This document shows positions 28,794-38,231 of a stretch of DNA of 64,000 bases, piece by piece (position 1 is the first letter of the stretch; each line of letters starts with the position of its first letter). The translations under genes were made by a program, and so were the position numbers. The notes under the pieces are model-generated. The model had not been told where the DNA came from, made no database searches, and saw only the letters and a list, made by a program, of their open reading frames with translations. Origin of the DNA: Chloroflexota bacterium (GTDB lineage Bacteria > Chloroflexota > UBA11872 > VXOZ01); NCBI GenBank assembly GCA_965221905.1, contig OZ244922.1, positions 544,001 to 608,000 of the forward strand, written 5' to 3'.

Positions 28794-29140
28794 CAGACCT
28801 TTGCGTAACTCTGCCTAACAGTTGGAACTGCATCTGGCTGGCGCCAATTTCCCCTCATCCCCGGCCCTCTCCCGGCGGAGACCTTTGCGTAACTTCGGCT
28901 GACGGCGCAAGAATTACCCCCTCTCCCGGCGGAGACTTTTGCATTACTCCGTCATTCCGGCGAAAGCCGGAATCCAGAGGGGGGTGTGGGTAGACAGGGA
29001 TCGCTTGTCGTGAGGCCGTTATTCACCCCCATCCCGACCTTCCCTCATCAGGGGGGAATGGGTTTCGCAATGGTTTCCGCCGGGAGAGGGGACTTTCTCG
29101 CCTCAGCAAGGGTTATGCAAAATTCTCCCAAGGAGAGGGA
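28794..29140. mobile_element. Nested MITE/REP cluster
   Basis: Three left ends AGAC(C/T)TTTGC at 28794, 28878, 28932; right ends at about 29066-29077 and 29111-29127; the inner two split CCCTCTCCC|GGAGAGGG hairpins. Confidence 0.65.
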
Positions 29141-29218
29141 GTATTCTCGCCTGCAGGTCCGGGTTATGCCTCGGACTGGAAGTCCGTGCCTGCCTTGCAC
29201 GTGATGCGACGGGTCTCC

Positions 29219-30745
29219 TTAGAGTTGCGAGCGCGGGGATGGGTCTCTGCGATTGGGCGGCGGCGTGCTGCGGCCGAGAATGACGTTGGCGGCGTATTGC
29301 CTGCCCGCGTAGGGGTCTTCCAGTTGCAGCATCCAGTCCCACAAGCGGTCCTGCAACCGCTCGCGCACGTCGGTGCAATGCGGATTCTCCGCAAGATTGT
29401 GCATCTCGTGGGGATCTTCCTGCAGGTCGTAGAGTTCGTCGTAGTCAAAACCGTTAAAGACGAATTTGTAGCGGCCGTCGCAGATCGTGCGATTCATGAA
29501 GTAGAAGATGTTGCCGTGGTCCTGCATGAAAAGCTCGCGGTGTTCAGGGCGGTCTTCGGCATCGGGTTGGCCCGTCAGCAGTGGCACGAGCGAGATGCCG
29601 TGAGCGCCCTGGAGCGGCTCGGCGCCGGCGAGATCGAGGAAGGTCGGCCCCAAGTCGAGGGTGCGCACGTAGTCATCGCACACCTGTCCGGCTTCAAATC
29701 CCTTCGGCCAGCGCATGATATAGGGCATGCGATGCGTCTCTTCGTACGGCCAAATGTCCTTGAACCACAGGCCGTGGGCGCCCATCATGTCGCCGTGGTC
29801 GGACGTATAGACCACCACCGTATTCTCGGCTTGGCCGGATTCGTCCAGGAAGTCCAATACCGATCCGACGTAGTTATCGATGAGGGCGCTATAGGCCCGG
29901 TAGTGCGCGATGGACTTGCGGGTATGCTCTTCATCGATCTCCCTGAACCACGTTTCCCGCGCCCGGCGCACGTAGGCGGGCTTGGGGGCTGACTGCGTCG
30001 AAGCCGTGGCATCGGTGTAAAAGCTTGGCGGCACCGGCACGTCGCGCCAATCGAATCGCTCCGCATACTCTCTGGGCACGATGTAGGGATTGTGCGGGCC
30101 GGTGAAGTTCATCCAGAGGCACCACGGTTGGTCGCTGGATTCGTCGGCAAGGGCGCGCAACTGCTGCAATCCCGCTTCCGCCTGCATTGCCGTGGTCGTG
30201 GCCTCCGGGGGCGCATCCTCCACGCCGTAATGGAGCCAGTAGACACCCGCCGCGTCGTGGAATCCCCACATACCCGGCCTTGGCCCGCTCCCGGCGCTCG
30301 GCTTTGGCACGCCGCCCTGCTGCTCGGTGCGGATGCGATGGTCTCGCAGATACGCGGCCTTGTCGAACTCCCGCTCTTCGCTATCGAAACCGTATTCCAC
30401 CGCGCCGCGTTCCCAACCCAAGTGGGCCTTGCCGGCATAACGCATGCGGTACCCCGCCGCGCTCATTAGCGGTCCCCAGGTCGGCACGCCGTCGCGAATT
30501 TCGCGACTGACGGCATACGGCACGTGGCAATTGTTGAGCACGTGGTGGGCGTGCGGGTAGACCGCCGTGGCGATTGAGGCCCGCGCCGGAGCGCACGGCG
30601 TGGTAACGGTGTACCCACGGCGAAACCAAATGCCCTCCCGCGCCAGCCGCTCTAGGTTCGGCGACCAGCCGCCCGCCGCCGGCCCCGCCGTGGCATATTG
30701 CTGCTGATCGGACATGATAAAGAGGATGTTCGGTTGCTTTGGCAT
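29219..30745 (-). CDS. Cys-type (formylglycine-dependent) sulfatase
   Basis: PNILFIMSDQ, CAPARAS (CxPxR), GKAH, GPHNP, TSDHGDMMGAHG, ELYDLQEDPHE. Confidence 0.94.
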   Translation of the reverse strand: MPKQPNILFIMSDQQQYATAGPAAGGWSPNLERLAREGIWFRRGYTVTTPCAPARASIATAVYPHAHHVLNNCHVPYAVSREIRDGVPTWGPLMSAAGYRMRYAGKAHLGWERGAVEYGFDSEEREFDKAAYLRDHRIRTEQQGGVPKPSAGSGPRPGMWGFHDAAGVYWLHYGVEDAPPEATTTAMQAEAGLQQLRALADESSDQPWCLWMNFTGPHNPYIVPREYAERFDWRDVPVPPSFYTDATASTQSAPKPAYVRRARETWFREIDEEHTRKSIAHYRAYSALIDNYVGSVLDFLDESGQAENTVVVYTSDHGDMMGAHGLWFKDIWPYEETHRMPYIMRWPKGFEAGQVCDDYVRTLDLGPTFLDLAGAEPLQGAHGISLVPLLTGQPDAEDRPEHRELFMQDHGNIFYFMNRTICDGRYKFVFNGFDYDELYDLQEDPHEMHNLAENPHCTDVRERLQDRLWDWMLQLEDPYAGRQYAANVILGRSTPPPNRRDPSPRSQL

Positions 30746-30867
30746 TTCGCTTACCTTCCCTTAGAACGTGTGCACCAAGGCTATGCGGCGCTAAGAAGCT
30801 ACTGTTGGAGGACTTTCAACTACCACGGCGCCGTATTTGGCGCCGGCTCAGCAACGTGCTTACCGGG

Positions 30868-31293
30868 TTATCGCCTTACCCGCGGCCAGGTGGTGAGCAG
30901 TCCCACGGTGATGCCTGCGGTTATGACGTGCATGACCATGAGGCTGATGACGGCGGGGAGGGTTGCGCCGGGGGCGTTTGACGTCAGCATCAAGATGTTC
31001 GGCACAAATGAGACAATGAGGAGGAAACCCGCCAACCAGCGGAAAAGCTTGATGGCGTGCTTGGTCAGGCGGGCCAGGATGGCAAAGACGACGGTCGCGC
31101 CGAAGACGCCGACCAAGGTGAAGATGATGATGGTGTTCCATTCCGCCAACGCGAGGAAGAGCGGCGAGATAGAGAATATGACCGCCATAACGGTGCGCAC
31201 GATGGCATTGGCGAGCAACGAGATCACGAGCGCGGCCCCGCCGGCCAGCCACACCCGTCTGATTGCGATCCGCTCCGCCCCTGGCGTGCTCAT
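30868..31293 (-). CDS. Small 4-TM membrane protein (DUF6069-like)
   Basis: Four hydrophobic helices; SFVP...LMVMHV pattern. Confidence 0.65.
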   Translation of the reverse strand: MSTPGAERIAIRRVWLAGGAALVISLLANAIVRTVMAVIFSISPLFLALAEWNTIIIFTLVGVFGATVVFAILARLTKHAIKLFRWLAGFLLIVSFVPNILMLTSNAPGATLPAVISLMVMHVITAGITVGLLTTWPRVRR

Positions 31294-31658
31294 GTTGGGC
31301 TACTCCTCGTGAGGGCGGCAAGACTGAGGACAATTGTGAATGCAACCAATATGGAAACACGCATGCAGTTATTCCGCATATAGGTACAGGTTGGTTCTTG
31401 TACCTTCCGCCAAACCTGCCGGTCTTGCTTGGCCGGAGTGAATTCGCCTACATCCCAGCCCTGACCCTCTCCCTCGGGGAGAGGGAATAATCGGCTCTAC
31501 GGCAAGGAAATCCCGCTTTGCTCTCTTCCCAGAGAGAGGGAAGAATTGCCCTTAGAGCAACGGACTCTTGCTTTCGGCCTCGGCCATGCAAAGGCCGGTT
31601 TTCAGGGCATTGACGCGGGCTTTCTTAGCGAATGGATGTAGTGCGCGCGGTTCCTACT

Positions 31659-33272
31659 CTACGGGTTCACGTTCATGTCGTATTTGCCCGGTGAGATCAG
31701 GGATTCGGTCGTCATGGCCATGATGCCGCCGCTGACACCTTTGGTCAGCGCCGAGCGCACGACCTTGATCGGGTCCACAATGCCCTCCGTGATCATGTTG
31801 ACGAACTTGCCGTCTTGCGCATCGAAGCCCGTCGGATAGCGCTTGCGGTAGATGTCGGCAATGATGGCCTCGGGCTCGTAGCCGCCATTTAGGAGAATCT
31901 GGCGCAAGGGCGCCTCTGCCGCTTCGGCCATAATCCTAATGCCGTACGCTTCTTCTTCATCGGATGTCTTGATTTTTCGCAGCACTTTGGCGGCGTGGAT
32001 GAAGGCGATACCGCCGCCGGGCACAACGCCTTCTTCAAGTGCGGCACGCACTGCCAGCATGGCGTCGTCGGCGCGCAGCTTCTTCTCTTTCATTTCGCCT
32101 TCGGTAAACCCGCCGACTTTCAGGATCGCGATGCCGCCGCTGAGCTTTCCCATGCGCTCGCGCATCTTGTTGCGTTCGAAATCATTCTTTTCGTCGGGCA
32201 GGAGCTTCTTGACTTCCTGAATTCGCCGCCGGATCGCAACCTCGCTACCCATACCGCCAACGATAGTAAAGAAGTCGCGGTTTGACCAGATGCGCCGGGC
32301 GCGTCCCAGGTCGGCCGCGGTAATGTCTTCAGTCGTATCTCCGGAGTCATCGGAGACGAAGGTGCCGCCGGTCATGATGGCAATGTCTTCGAGGATGTGC
32401 ACCATGCGGTTGCCGGCCCCTGGGGCCTTAATGGCAAGTGTCTGGATTTCCCCTTCTTGCTTGTTCACCACCAACGTGGCGAGTGCTTCGGCTTCTACGG
32501 TGTTTGCAAAGACGACGAGGCTCTTGCCGCCGACGGACTTCACCGCTTCGAGCGCCGGTATTACTTCGTCAGCGCGCTTGAGTTGGCGGTCGGTTACCAG
32601 GACGAAGGGCGATTCTATGGTGCAATCCATGCGATCGGGATTCGTGATGAAATAGGGCGACAAGTACCCTTTGTCCCACTGCATGCCTTCCACGTACTCG
32701 CGGTCGACCCGATTCATGCTTCGGGACTCTTCGACCATGATTATGGCGTCACGCCCCAGGGTTTCGACAATTTCGCCAATCAAGGCGCCCATGTATTCAT
32801 CGAGACAGACCACACTCGCAAGCCGCTTAATCTCATCGCGGGTCTCTAGCGTCGTGGTCAGCGCGGTTATCTCTTCCAGCATGACTCTGGCTCCACGCTC
32901 GATACCTCTGCGCAATGCCATGGGATTGAAACCAGCAGCCATGGCTTTGTAGGCTTGATCGAGAATGGACTGAGCGATCACGGCGGTCGTAGTGGTGCCG
33001 TCTCCGGCCTGCTCGCCTACGTGCCACGCCAAATGGCGTATGAGCATCGCGCCCATGTTTTCAAAGCGGTCCGGCAACTCGACGATGCGACGCGCAATGG
33101 TGGCGCCGTCATTCATGATTTCAGGCGCGGCTGTGCGCTGGGACATGCTCTCGAGGGCTACGGTACGGGCTTTGGGCCCCAGTGTGACCCGCAGCACGTT
33201 GGCCATAGTGTCAAAGCCGCGCTTGAAGGCTTCGCGAGCTTCCGGTTCCAGTAGCAAGCGTTGTTGTGGCAT
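31659..33272 (-). CDS. groEL: Chaperonin GroEL (divergent paralog)
   Basis: VTLGPK, NDGATIA, AGDGTTT, EGMQWDKGYLSPYF, EEGVVPGGG, GIVDP; start ATG 33272. Confidence 0.93.
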   Translation of the reverse strand: MPQQRLLLEPEAREAFKRGFDTMANVLRVTLGPKARTVALESMSQRTAAPEIMNDGATIARRIVELPDRFENMGAMLIRHLAWHVGEQAGDGTTTTAVIAQSILDQAYKAMAAGFNPMALRRGIERGARVMLEEITALTTTLETRDEIKRLASVVCLDEYMGALIGEIVETLGRDAIIMVEESRSMNRVDREYVEGMQWDKGYLSPYFITNPDRMDCTIESPFVLVTDRQLKRADEVIPALEAVKSVGGKSLVVFANTVEAEALATLVVNKQEGEIQTLAIKAPGAGNRMVHILEDIAIMTGGTFVSDDSGDTTEDITAADLGRARRIWSNRDFFTIVGGMGSEVAIRRRIQEVKKLLPDEKNDFERNKMRERMGKLSGGIAILKVGGFTEGEMKEKKLRADDAMLAVRAALEEGVVPGGGIAFIHAAKVLRKIKTSDEEEAYGIRIMAEAAEAPLRQILLNGGYEPEAIIADIYRKRYPTGFDAQDGKFVNMITEGIVDPIKVVRSALTKGVSGGIMAMTTESLISPGKYDMNVNP

Positions 33273-33606
33273 TAATCGCTGTCTCCCCAATCATCTGTTG
33301 ATTGTGATGTTTTCCGCCATCGCCACAGCGTACTACGGAGATGGTTCATTACTAATTGCATATTTACCCTATAGAAAGGGTCACGTATGTACGATACACA
33401 AGAGAAGCGGCTATCCGCAAGGGGATAGAGAAAGAAGAACCGGGGAACCAGCGCTCTTTCGATAGTTGCTGCGCTTTATCCCCGGTTACTTGGACGGATA
33501 GACCGCGCGCGTGAGCACGATCCTCTCGCTTAGCTGCTTGCCTCTACATGCGCGTTGCCCCGTCTATGCGCTCCGTTACGCACGCAACGGCAAGCTAGAG
33601 CACCGG

Positions 33607-33912
33607 CTATTCCAGAATTGCCAGTACGTCCTTTTCGCTGAGGATCAAATACTCATCGTCGCCCAGCTTGATCTCGGTGCCGGCATACTTGGCGAAGAGA
33701 ATGCGCTGACCCGGCTCAACCGACACAGCTACCTTTTCGCCGCTGTCAAGCGTGCGGCCTTCGCCTGTTGCTACCACCTCACCCTCTTGGGGCTTCTCTT
33801 TGGCGGTATCAGGAAGCACGATCCCGCTTCGTGTCTTCTCTTCTAGTTCAAGTGCTTTTACAACCACGCGATCACCCAGAGGGGTAATCTTGGTACTCAT
33901 CGCTGTTGCCAT
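33607..33912 (-). CDS. groES: Co-chaperonin GroES
   Basis: [30 protein letters not shown]. Confidence 0.96.
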   Translation of the reverse strand: MATAMSTKITPLGDRVVVKALELEEKTRSGIVLPDTAKEKPQEGEVVATGEGRTLDSGEKVAVSVEPGQRILFAKYAGTEIKLGDDEYLILSEKDVLAILE

Positions 33913-34011
33913 CCGTAACAATCCTCCCGATTCATCCGAAAAAATACAACCAACGTTTCACACTACTAGCGCGCAATTAATTATTCCACTCCGCGACCAG
34001 GTGTTAATGTC

Positions 34012-34040
34012 ATTATACTGAGCGCCCCGCGCGCGGTCAA
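34012..34040 (-). promoter_or_regulatory. Sigma70-type promoter of groES
   Basis: TTGACC-N17-TATAAT on the minus strand. Confidence 0.75.
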
Positions 34041-34128
34041 GGCATCACACCCTCGATGAGCCATAGACCTAGAGTTACAGACCCATTAGCCGTGCATAGG
34101 TTTGCAAAACACCGGGAACAGGGGAACA

Positions 34129-35328
34129 CTAGGTAGCTCTCAGTTGGACGAGGGCCGCCACGCGCTCGAGGACTAAGGCGCCGACTTCAGACTTGGGCAA
34201 CACGGGCAGTGATTCAGGCGGGTCGTCTTTGCTTAGGATCACGACCTGATTCGTATCCGCACCGAACCCGCTGTCGGGTTGGGAAACGTCATTTGCCACG
34301 ATCAGGTCCGCGTTCTTCCGATCAAGTTTGAGCGCCGCGTACTTAATCACGTTCTCGGTTTCGGCGGCAAAGCCCACCTTGACGAGGGTGTGCGGGACTT
34401 GAGCGAGAATGTCCTCATTCTCAACCAGGGTCAGCGTAAGGGGTTCTCCCGTGCGTTTCGCTTTCTGACTGCGGGAAGTCTCCGGACGGTAGTCCGCTAC
34501 CGCCGCAGCCATGATGAGCGCATCCGCGTGGGCGGAGTGCTCATTTACGGCGCCGAGCATCTCAGCGGCGGTCGTTGCAGGCACGATGGGGATGCCGTGC
34601 GGCGGCGGCTCTGTGGTGGCGCCCATAATCAGGATCACGCGCGCGCCGCAGTCCCGCGCCGCCTCAGCGAGCGCGAATCCCATCTTGCCGCTGGAGCGGT
34701 TGCCGATGTACCGCACGGGGTCGAGCGGCTCTTGCGTGCCCCCCGCGGTGACTACCACAGTCTTGCCCGCCAGCGGCCCGCTCTTGCCGAGCAGCGTGCG
34801 CATCTCCGCCATGAGCGCATCCACTTCAGGCATGCGTCCTTTGGCAACAAGCCCCGACGCGAGCCTTCCTTCCAGCGGCTCGACGACGTGAACTCCCCGC
34901 ATTTTCAACGCGGCGAGATTCTGTTGTGTGGCGGCGTTGGTGTACATGCCGCCGTCCATGGCAGGCGCTACAAGCACGGGAGCCTGGGTGCTGAGATAGG
35001 TACAGGTCAAGAGATCGTCGGAGAGTCCCTGCGCCATGCGGCCCAGCGTGTGGGCGGTGGCCGGCACTACGGCCAGCAGGTCGGCCTCTTCCGCGAGGGC
35101 GATGTGCAGGATGCGGCCGGGATCAGGCGTGAACAGGTCGATGTATGCCGGCCGCTGCGTCACGCTGGTGAACGAGAGCGGCGTGACAAAACGCGCGGCA
35201 TCTTTGGTAAGGATAGTCGTGACTTCTGCCTTTGCCTGGGTGAGTTGACTGGCGAGCGCCACCGCCTTGAACGCGGCAATACTCCCGCAAACCCCAAGCA
35301 GGATTCTCTTTCCACGTAGAACGCTCAT
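34129..35328 (-). CDS. coaBC: Bifunctional phosphopantothenoylcysteine decarboxylase / phosphopantothenate-cysteine ligase
   Basis: GSIAAFK, PATAH, APAMD, TAGGTQEPLDPVRYIGNRSSGKMG, AAVADY, GFAAET. Confidence 0.96.
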   Translation of the reverse strand: MSVLRGKRILLGVCGSIAAFKAVALASQLTQAKAEVTTILTKDAARFVTPLSFTSVTQRPAYIDLFTPDPGRILHIALAEEADLLAVVPATAHTLGRMAQGLSDDLLTCTYLSTQAPVLVAPAMDGGMYTNAATQQNLAALKMRGVHVVEPLEGRLASGLVAKGRMPEVDALMAEMRTLLGKSGPLAGKTVVVTAGGTQEPLDPVRYIGNRSSGKMGFALAEAARDCGARVILIMGATTEPPPHGIPIVPATTAAEMLGAVNEHSAHADALIMAAAVADYRPETSRSQKAKRTGEPLTLTLVENEDILAQVPHTLVKVGFAAETENVIKYAALKLDRKNADLIVANDVSQPDSGFGADTNQVVILSKDDPPESLPVLPKSEVGALVLERVAALVQLRAT

Positions 35329-35570
35329 CTGGATTTGGTCCTCGTGCCGTCACCTTGTTCGCTTTCCACTGTACACGAGCGCTCCGGCGGTTGGTAGAGC
35401 TTAAATTAATGGAAAGAGAGTTGGATGCGCAGACGTGCCGAGCGGATGCTCAGAGAACCGCTGTCGCCCTGCAATTTAGCATTGGACTGAGAGTTCTAAG
35501 CCCGATGAGGTAAAGTCTGAAGTCTCAATAGACCGGTTAGAAAAAGTAGCAGACCTACGACCTACAGTCG

Positions 35571-36347
35571 CTAGGCGAGGGACTCTTCAAGGTATCGTGC
35601 TATGCGATCCTTGTTTGCTGCCAATGTAGAGAACTGCTTCTCGCAGACATCACTAAAGCGTGCAAGCACCTTGCGGTTGATGTCTTCCTGGTTTTCGAAT
35701 ACAGCCACCGTATGCTGCGGTCGCGCGTACCACTTCTCAAACTGCAGCAGCGCAATAGTAACGTCTCGGACCTTATCGTCGTTCGGCAAAGCGTAGACCA
35801 ACAGCGGCTGATCTCGGTGATTAATTCTGCAGTCCACAGCGTACATTCCTTCAGGATCATGAACCACGTCGCGCCAGTCGAAGATACGATGCTCCTCTGG
35901 CACATGCTCTGCTACGAACGCTTGGAAATCTTCCATAAACGTGGAACGTACGCGCTCTTGCGTCAAGTAGGTAACGTCGGCAATTTTAAGGAGCGCCTGA
36001 ATAAAACTGTAGAGTGCGTCGCCGAACTTCCCATCGGGCACACGCAGAATCAGCTCCCCATCTCGGTCTTCGACCGCAAATGCCGCTAACGCATTGGCTA
36101 TTACCCTTGCTCGAGTCCCTTGTTGCAGGTATCGTTCTTCCAAATCGTACGATAGGTGCATGAATGTGTGGCCCTCGTCGCCGAAGACCCATTGACCTTC
36201 ATGAAGACGCAAAACAATCGCTAAGTTGTCTCCATCTTCGAATATGAAGGGAGAAAACACACGAAATCGGTCAATGCCCTCGGGTTCAACCCTAATGGCA
36301 GCGCAGACTTTATTCTTGAATTCTTGCTCTATTGCCTGAACTCTCAT
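35571..36347 (-). CDS. DUF1828-domain protein with probable C-terminal PD-(D/E)xK-like domain
   Basis: SPFIFEDGDNL...FGDEGHT N-terminal pattern; YAVDCRIN C-terminal motif; AT-richer than neighbours. Confidence 0.7.
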   Translation of the reverse strand: MRVQAIEQEFKNKVCAAIRVEPEGIDRFRVFSPFIFEDGDNLAIVLRLHEGQWVFGDEGHTFMHLSYDLEERYLQQGTRARVIANALAAFAVEDRDGELILRVPDGKFGDALYSFIQALLKIADVTYLTQERVRSTFMEDFQAFVAEHVPEEHRIFDWRDVVHDPEGMYAVDCRINHRDQPLLVYALPNDDKVRDVTIALLQFEKWYARPQHTVAVFENQEDINRKVLARFSDVCEKQFSTLAANKDRIARYLEESLA

Positions 36348-36353
36348 TGCTCG

Positions 36354-36839
36354 TCACCAGTCCAATCCAGGGATTGTCAATTGGGGATCACTTGGCAACG
36401 CAAAGGCGCAGTCTTGAACCATGCAGTTGACAGCGCCTTCAAAACTCGAAAACTGGTCTGTTGGCTCGGCGAACGCATCTTCACGAAGTCCCGAGCGCTG
36501 GTAACGCTCTGTAGCCTGATGGATGTGGAAACCATAAAATGTCAGTCGTTCAATTACATTGGTGTGCTCGTGATCCTTACCGTTGTACCTTCGTAAACGG
36601 AAAAGTTGATTTGTCGTTGCAGGACAATACGCCAAAATTACTGAGAATCCAAGCGGATTTGCAATCGATTCACGCAGAATAACCCTAAACTGCGAGCCGT
36701 GGACACCGGTGACATCAAACTCACGCTCTTTGTGCCCATGTTTTGGCTTCAGTGTGAATCTCCTTTGCCAATCTTGAGGTAGTTGCTTGGATTCATGGAT
36801 CAATGCATCAATTTCAGAATCAGTCAGAACCGTTGCCAT
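36354..36839 (-). CDS. His-rich hypothetical protein (DUF6978-like)
   Basis: LTDSEIDALIHESK N-terminus; LRRYNGKDHEHTN...FHIH motif; AAGGAG SD; 6-nt gap to the DUF1828 gene. Confidence 0.65.
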   Translation of the reverse strand: MATVLTDSEIDALIHESKQLPQDWQRRFTLKPKHGHKEREFDVTGVHGSQFRVILRESIANPLGFSVILAYCPATTNQLFRLRRYNGKDHEHTNVIERLTFYGFHIHQATERYQRSGLREDAFAEPTDQFSSFEGAVNCMVQDCAFALPSDPQLTIPGLDW

Positions 36840-37092
36840 CGCACTCCTTGAAGCTCGTTTGCCACAATCACAAAGTCAAATCTAAGATGCCCCCTACCAC
36901 TAATGTTAACATCATGGCCGGCATCCTTCGGCAATAGCCCCCTTGGAAGCTAAACAGAGCGCCGTGAATTAGAGTTTCTTGCCTGAGCGGACTAGAGACA
37001 TAACTGCTGAGAGTATAATATCAAACCTTTAGCAGTTTAGCCGCCATGGCGGGCTCTTACTAATCAACGCAGTTAAGAGCTTGGCGGATGCC

Positions 37093-37866
37093 TTAGCGCC
37101 GCCCATTCTTCAAGCGCTCGTAGATGATACGCAGACCTTCCAGTGTCAAGTTGGGGTCTACAGCGTCTATCACAGTCGTGTGTTTAGAAAAGAGCTGGGC
37201 AAAGCCGCCGGTAGCGATCACTTTGCACGCGCCAATCTCACCATGAAAGCGTTGGATCATGCCTTCGACCAGCGAGAGGTAGCCCAGCATGATGCCGGAC
37301 TGCATGGCGTGGATGGTGCTCTTGCCCACCACCGTTGCCGGCGGCACATATTCCACACGGTAGAGGCGGGAGGCATGGGCCGCGAGCGCCTCCGCGGCCA
37401 GGCCCAAACCCGGCGCAATCGCGCCGCCGGCGTAATTACCCTCCGCAGAGACCACGTCGAAAGTCGTCGCGGTGCCAAAGTCGATTACGATGCAAGGGCC
37501 GCCGTGCCGCACAAACGCCGCCGCCGTATTCACCACCCGGTCGGCGCCAACCTCTTCCGGCCGGTCGACTTCCACGGCCACGCCGGGCACCTGCCGCGGA
37601 TTGATCAGGATTGGGGTATGGCCGAGGTATTTTGTCCCGATATCGTGGATCGCACGGGCCAAGGGCGGCACGACGCTAGAAACAACAACGTCTTTACATT
37701 GGCCGACGTTCAGCCCGGCATGCTGCAGGAAGCCGGCAATCTGCACACCGTACTCGTCGCTCGTCTTCCCGATTTCCGTATTGAGGCGCCAGGAGCCTTT
37801 GAGTTCGTTACCTGTAAAAGCTCCTACTGCGATATTTGTGTTACCGACGTCAACCACGAGAAGCAC
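37093..37866 (-). CDS. coaX: Type III pantothenate kinase
   Basis: DVGNTN, SSVVP, GADR, DFGTATT, GGAIAPG, ATGG. Confidence 0.96.
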   Translation of the reverse strand: MLLVVDVGNTNIAVGAFTGNELKGSWRLNTEIGKTSDEYGVQIAGFLQHAGLNVGQCKDVVVSSVVPPLARAIHDIGTKYLGHTPILINPRQVPGVAVEVDRPEEVGADRVVNTAAAFVRHGGPCIVIDFGTATTFDVVSAEGNYAGGAIAPGLGLAAEALAAHASRLYRVEYVPPATVVGKSTIHAMQSGIMLGYLSLVEGMIQRFHGEIGACKVIATGGFAQLFSKHTTVIDAVDPNLTLEGLRIIYERLKNGRR

Positions 37867-38231
37867 GAAACTCTGTCCTCTTGATCAAGGCGCGGAGTGC
37901 GCCTCTACGGAAACGCCCCGGCCCGATAGTGAGTTTAGGCAGTCAATCCACGAGCTGAACATCCATCACACGCTCAGGGAAGCAGAGACGAAGGTGGTGG
38001 TCAGCCTCCCACTAGTCTCACCTTGCCCAAGTGAATTCACTCCAGCGCAGGTTTGCAACCTGCGTCTCCAGTAGCGTAGAGTTGCAACCTGCGTCCGGTG
38101 GCCGGAGTCCACAAGGCGCAGAGAAGATGGATTCCCGCGTGCGCGGGAATGACGGGCCGCAGCTCGTCTCTCTCCATGACAATTGTCCGGCTCTGCCTAA
38201 CCATTGCTACGACTAACCGTCCCCATGAAGT

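Noticed and set aside
33291-33320. Read-through extension of groEL (MAENITINR*LGRQRLM)
   Set aside because: ATG 33272 has its own SD and matches the normal GroEL start; no evidence for recoding.
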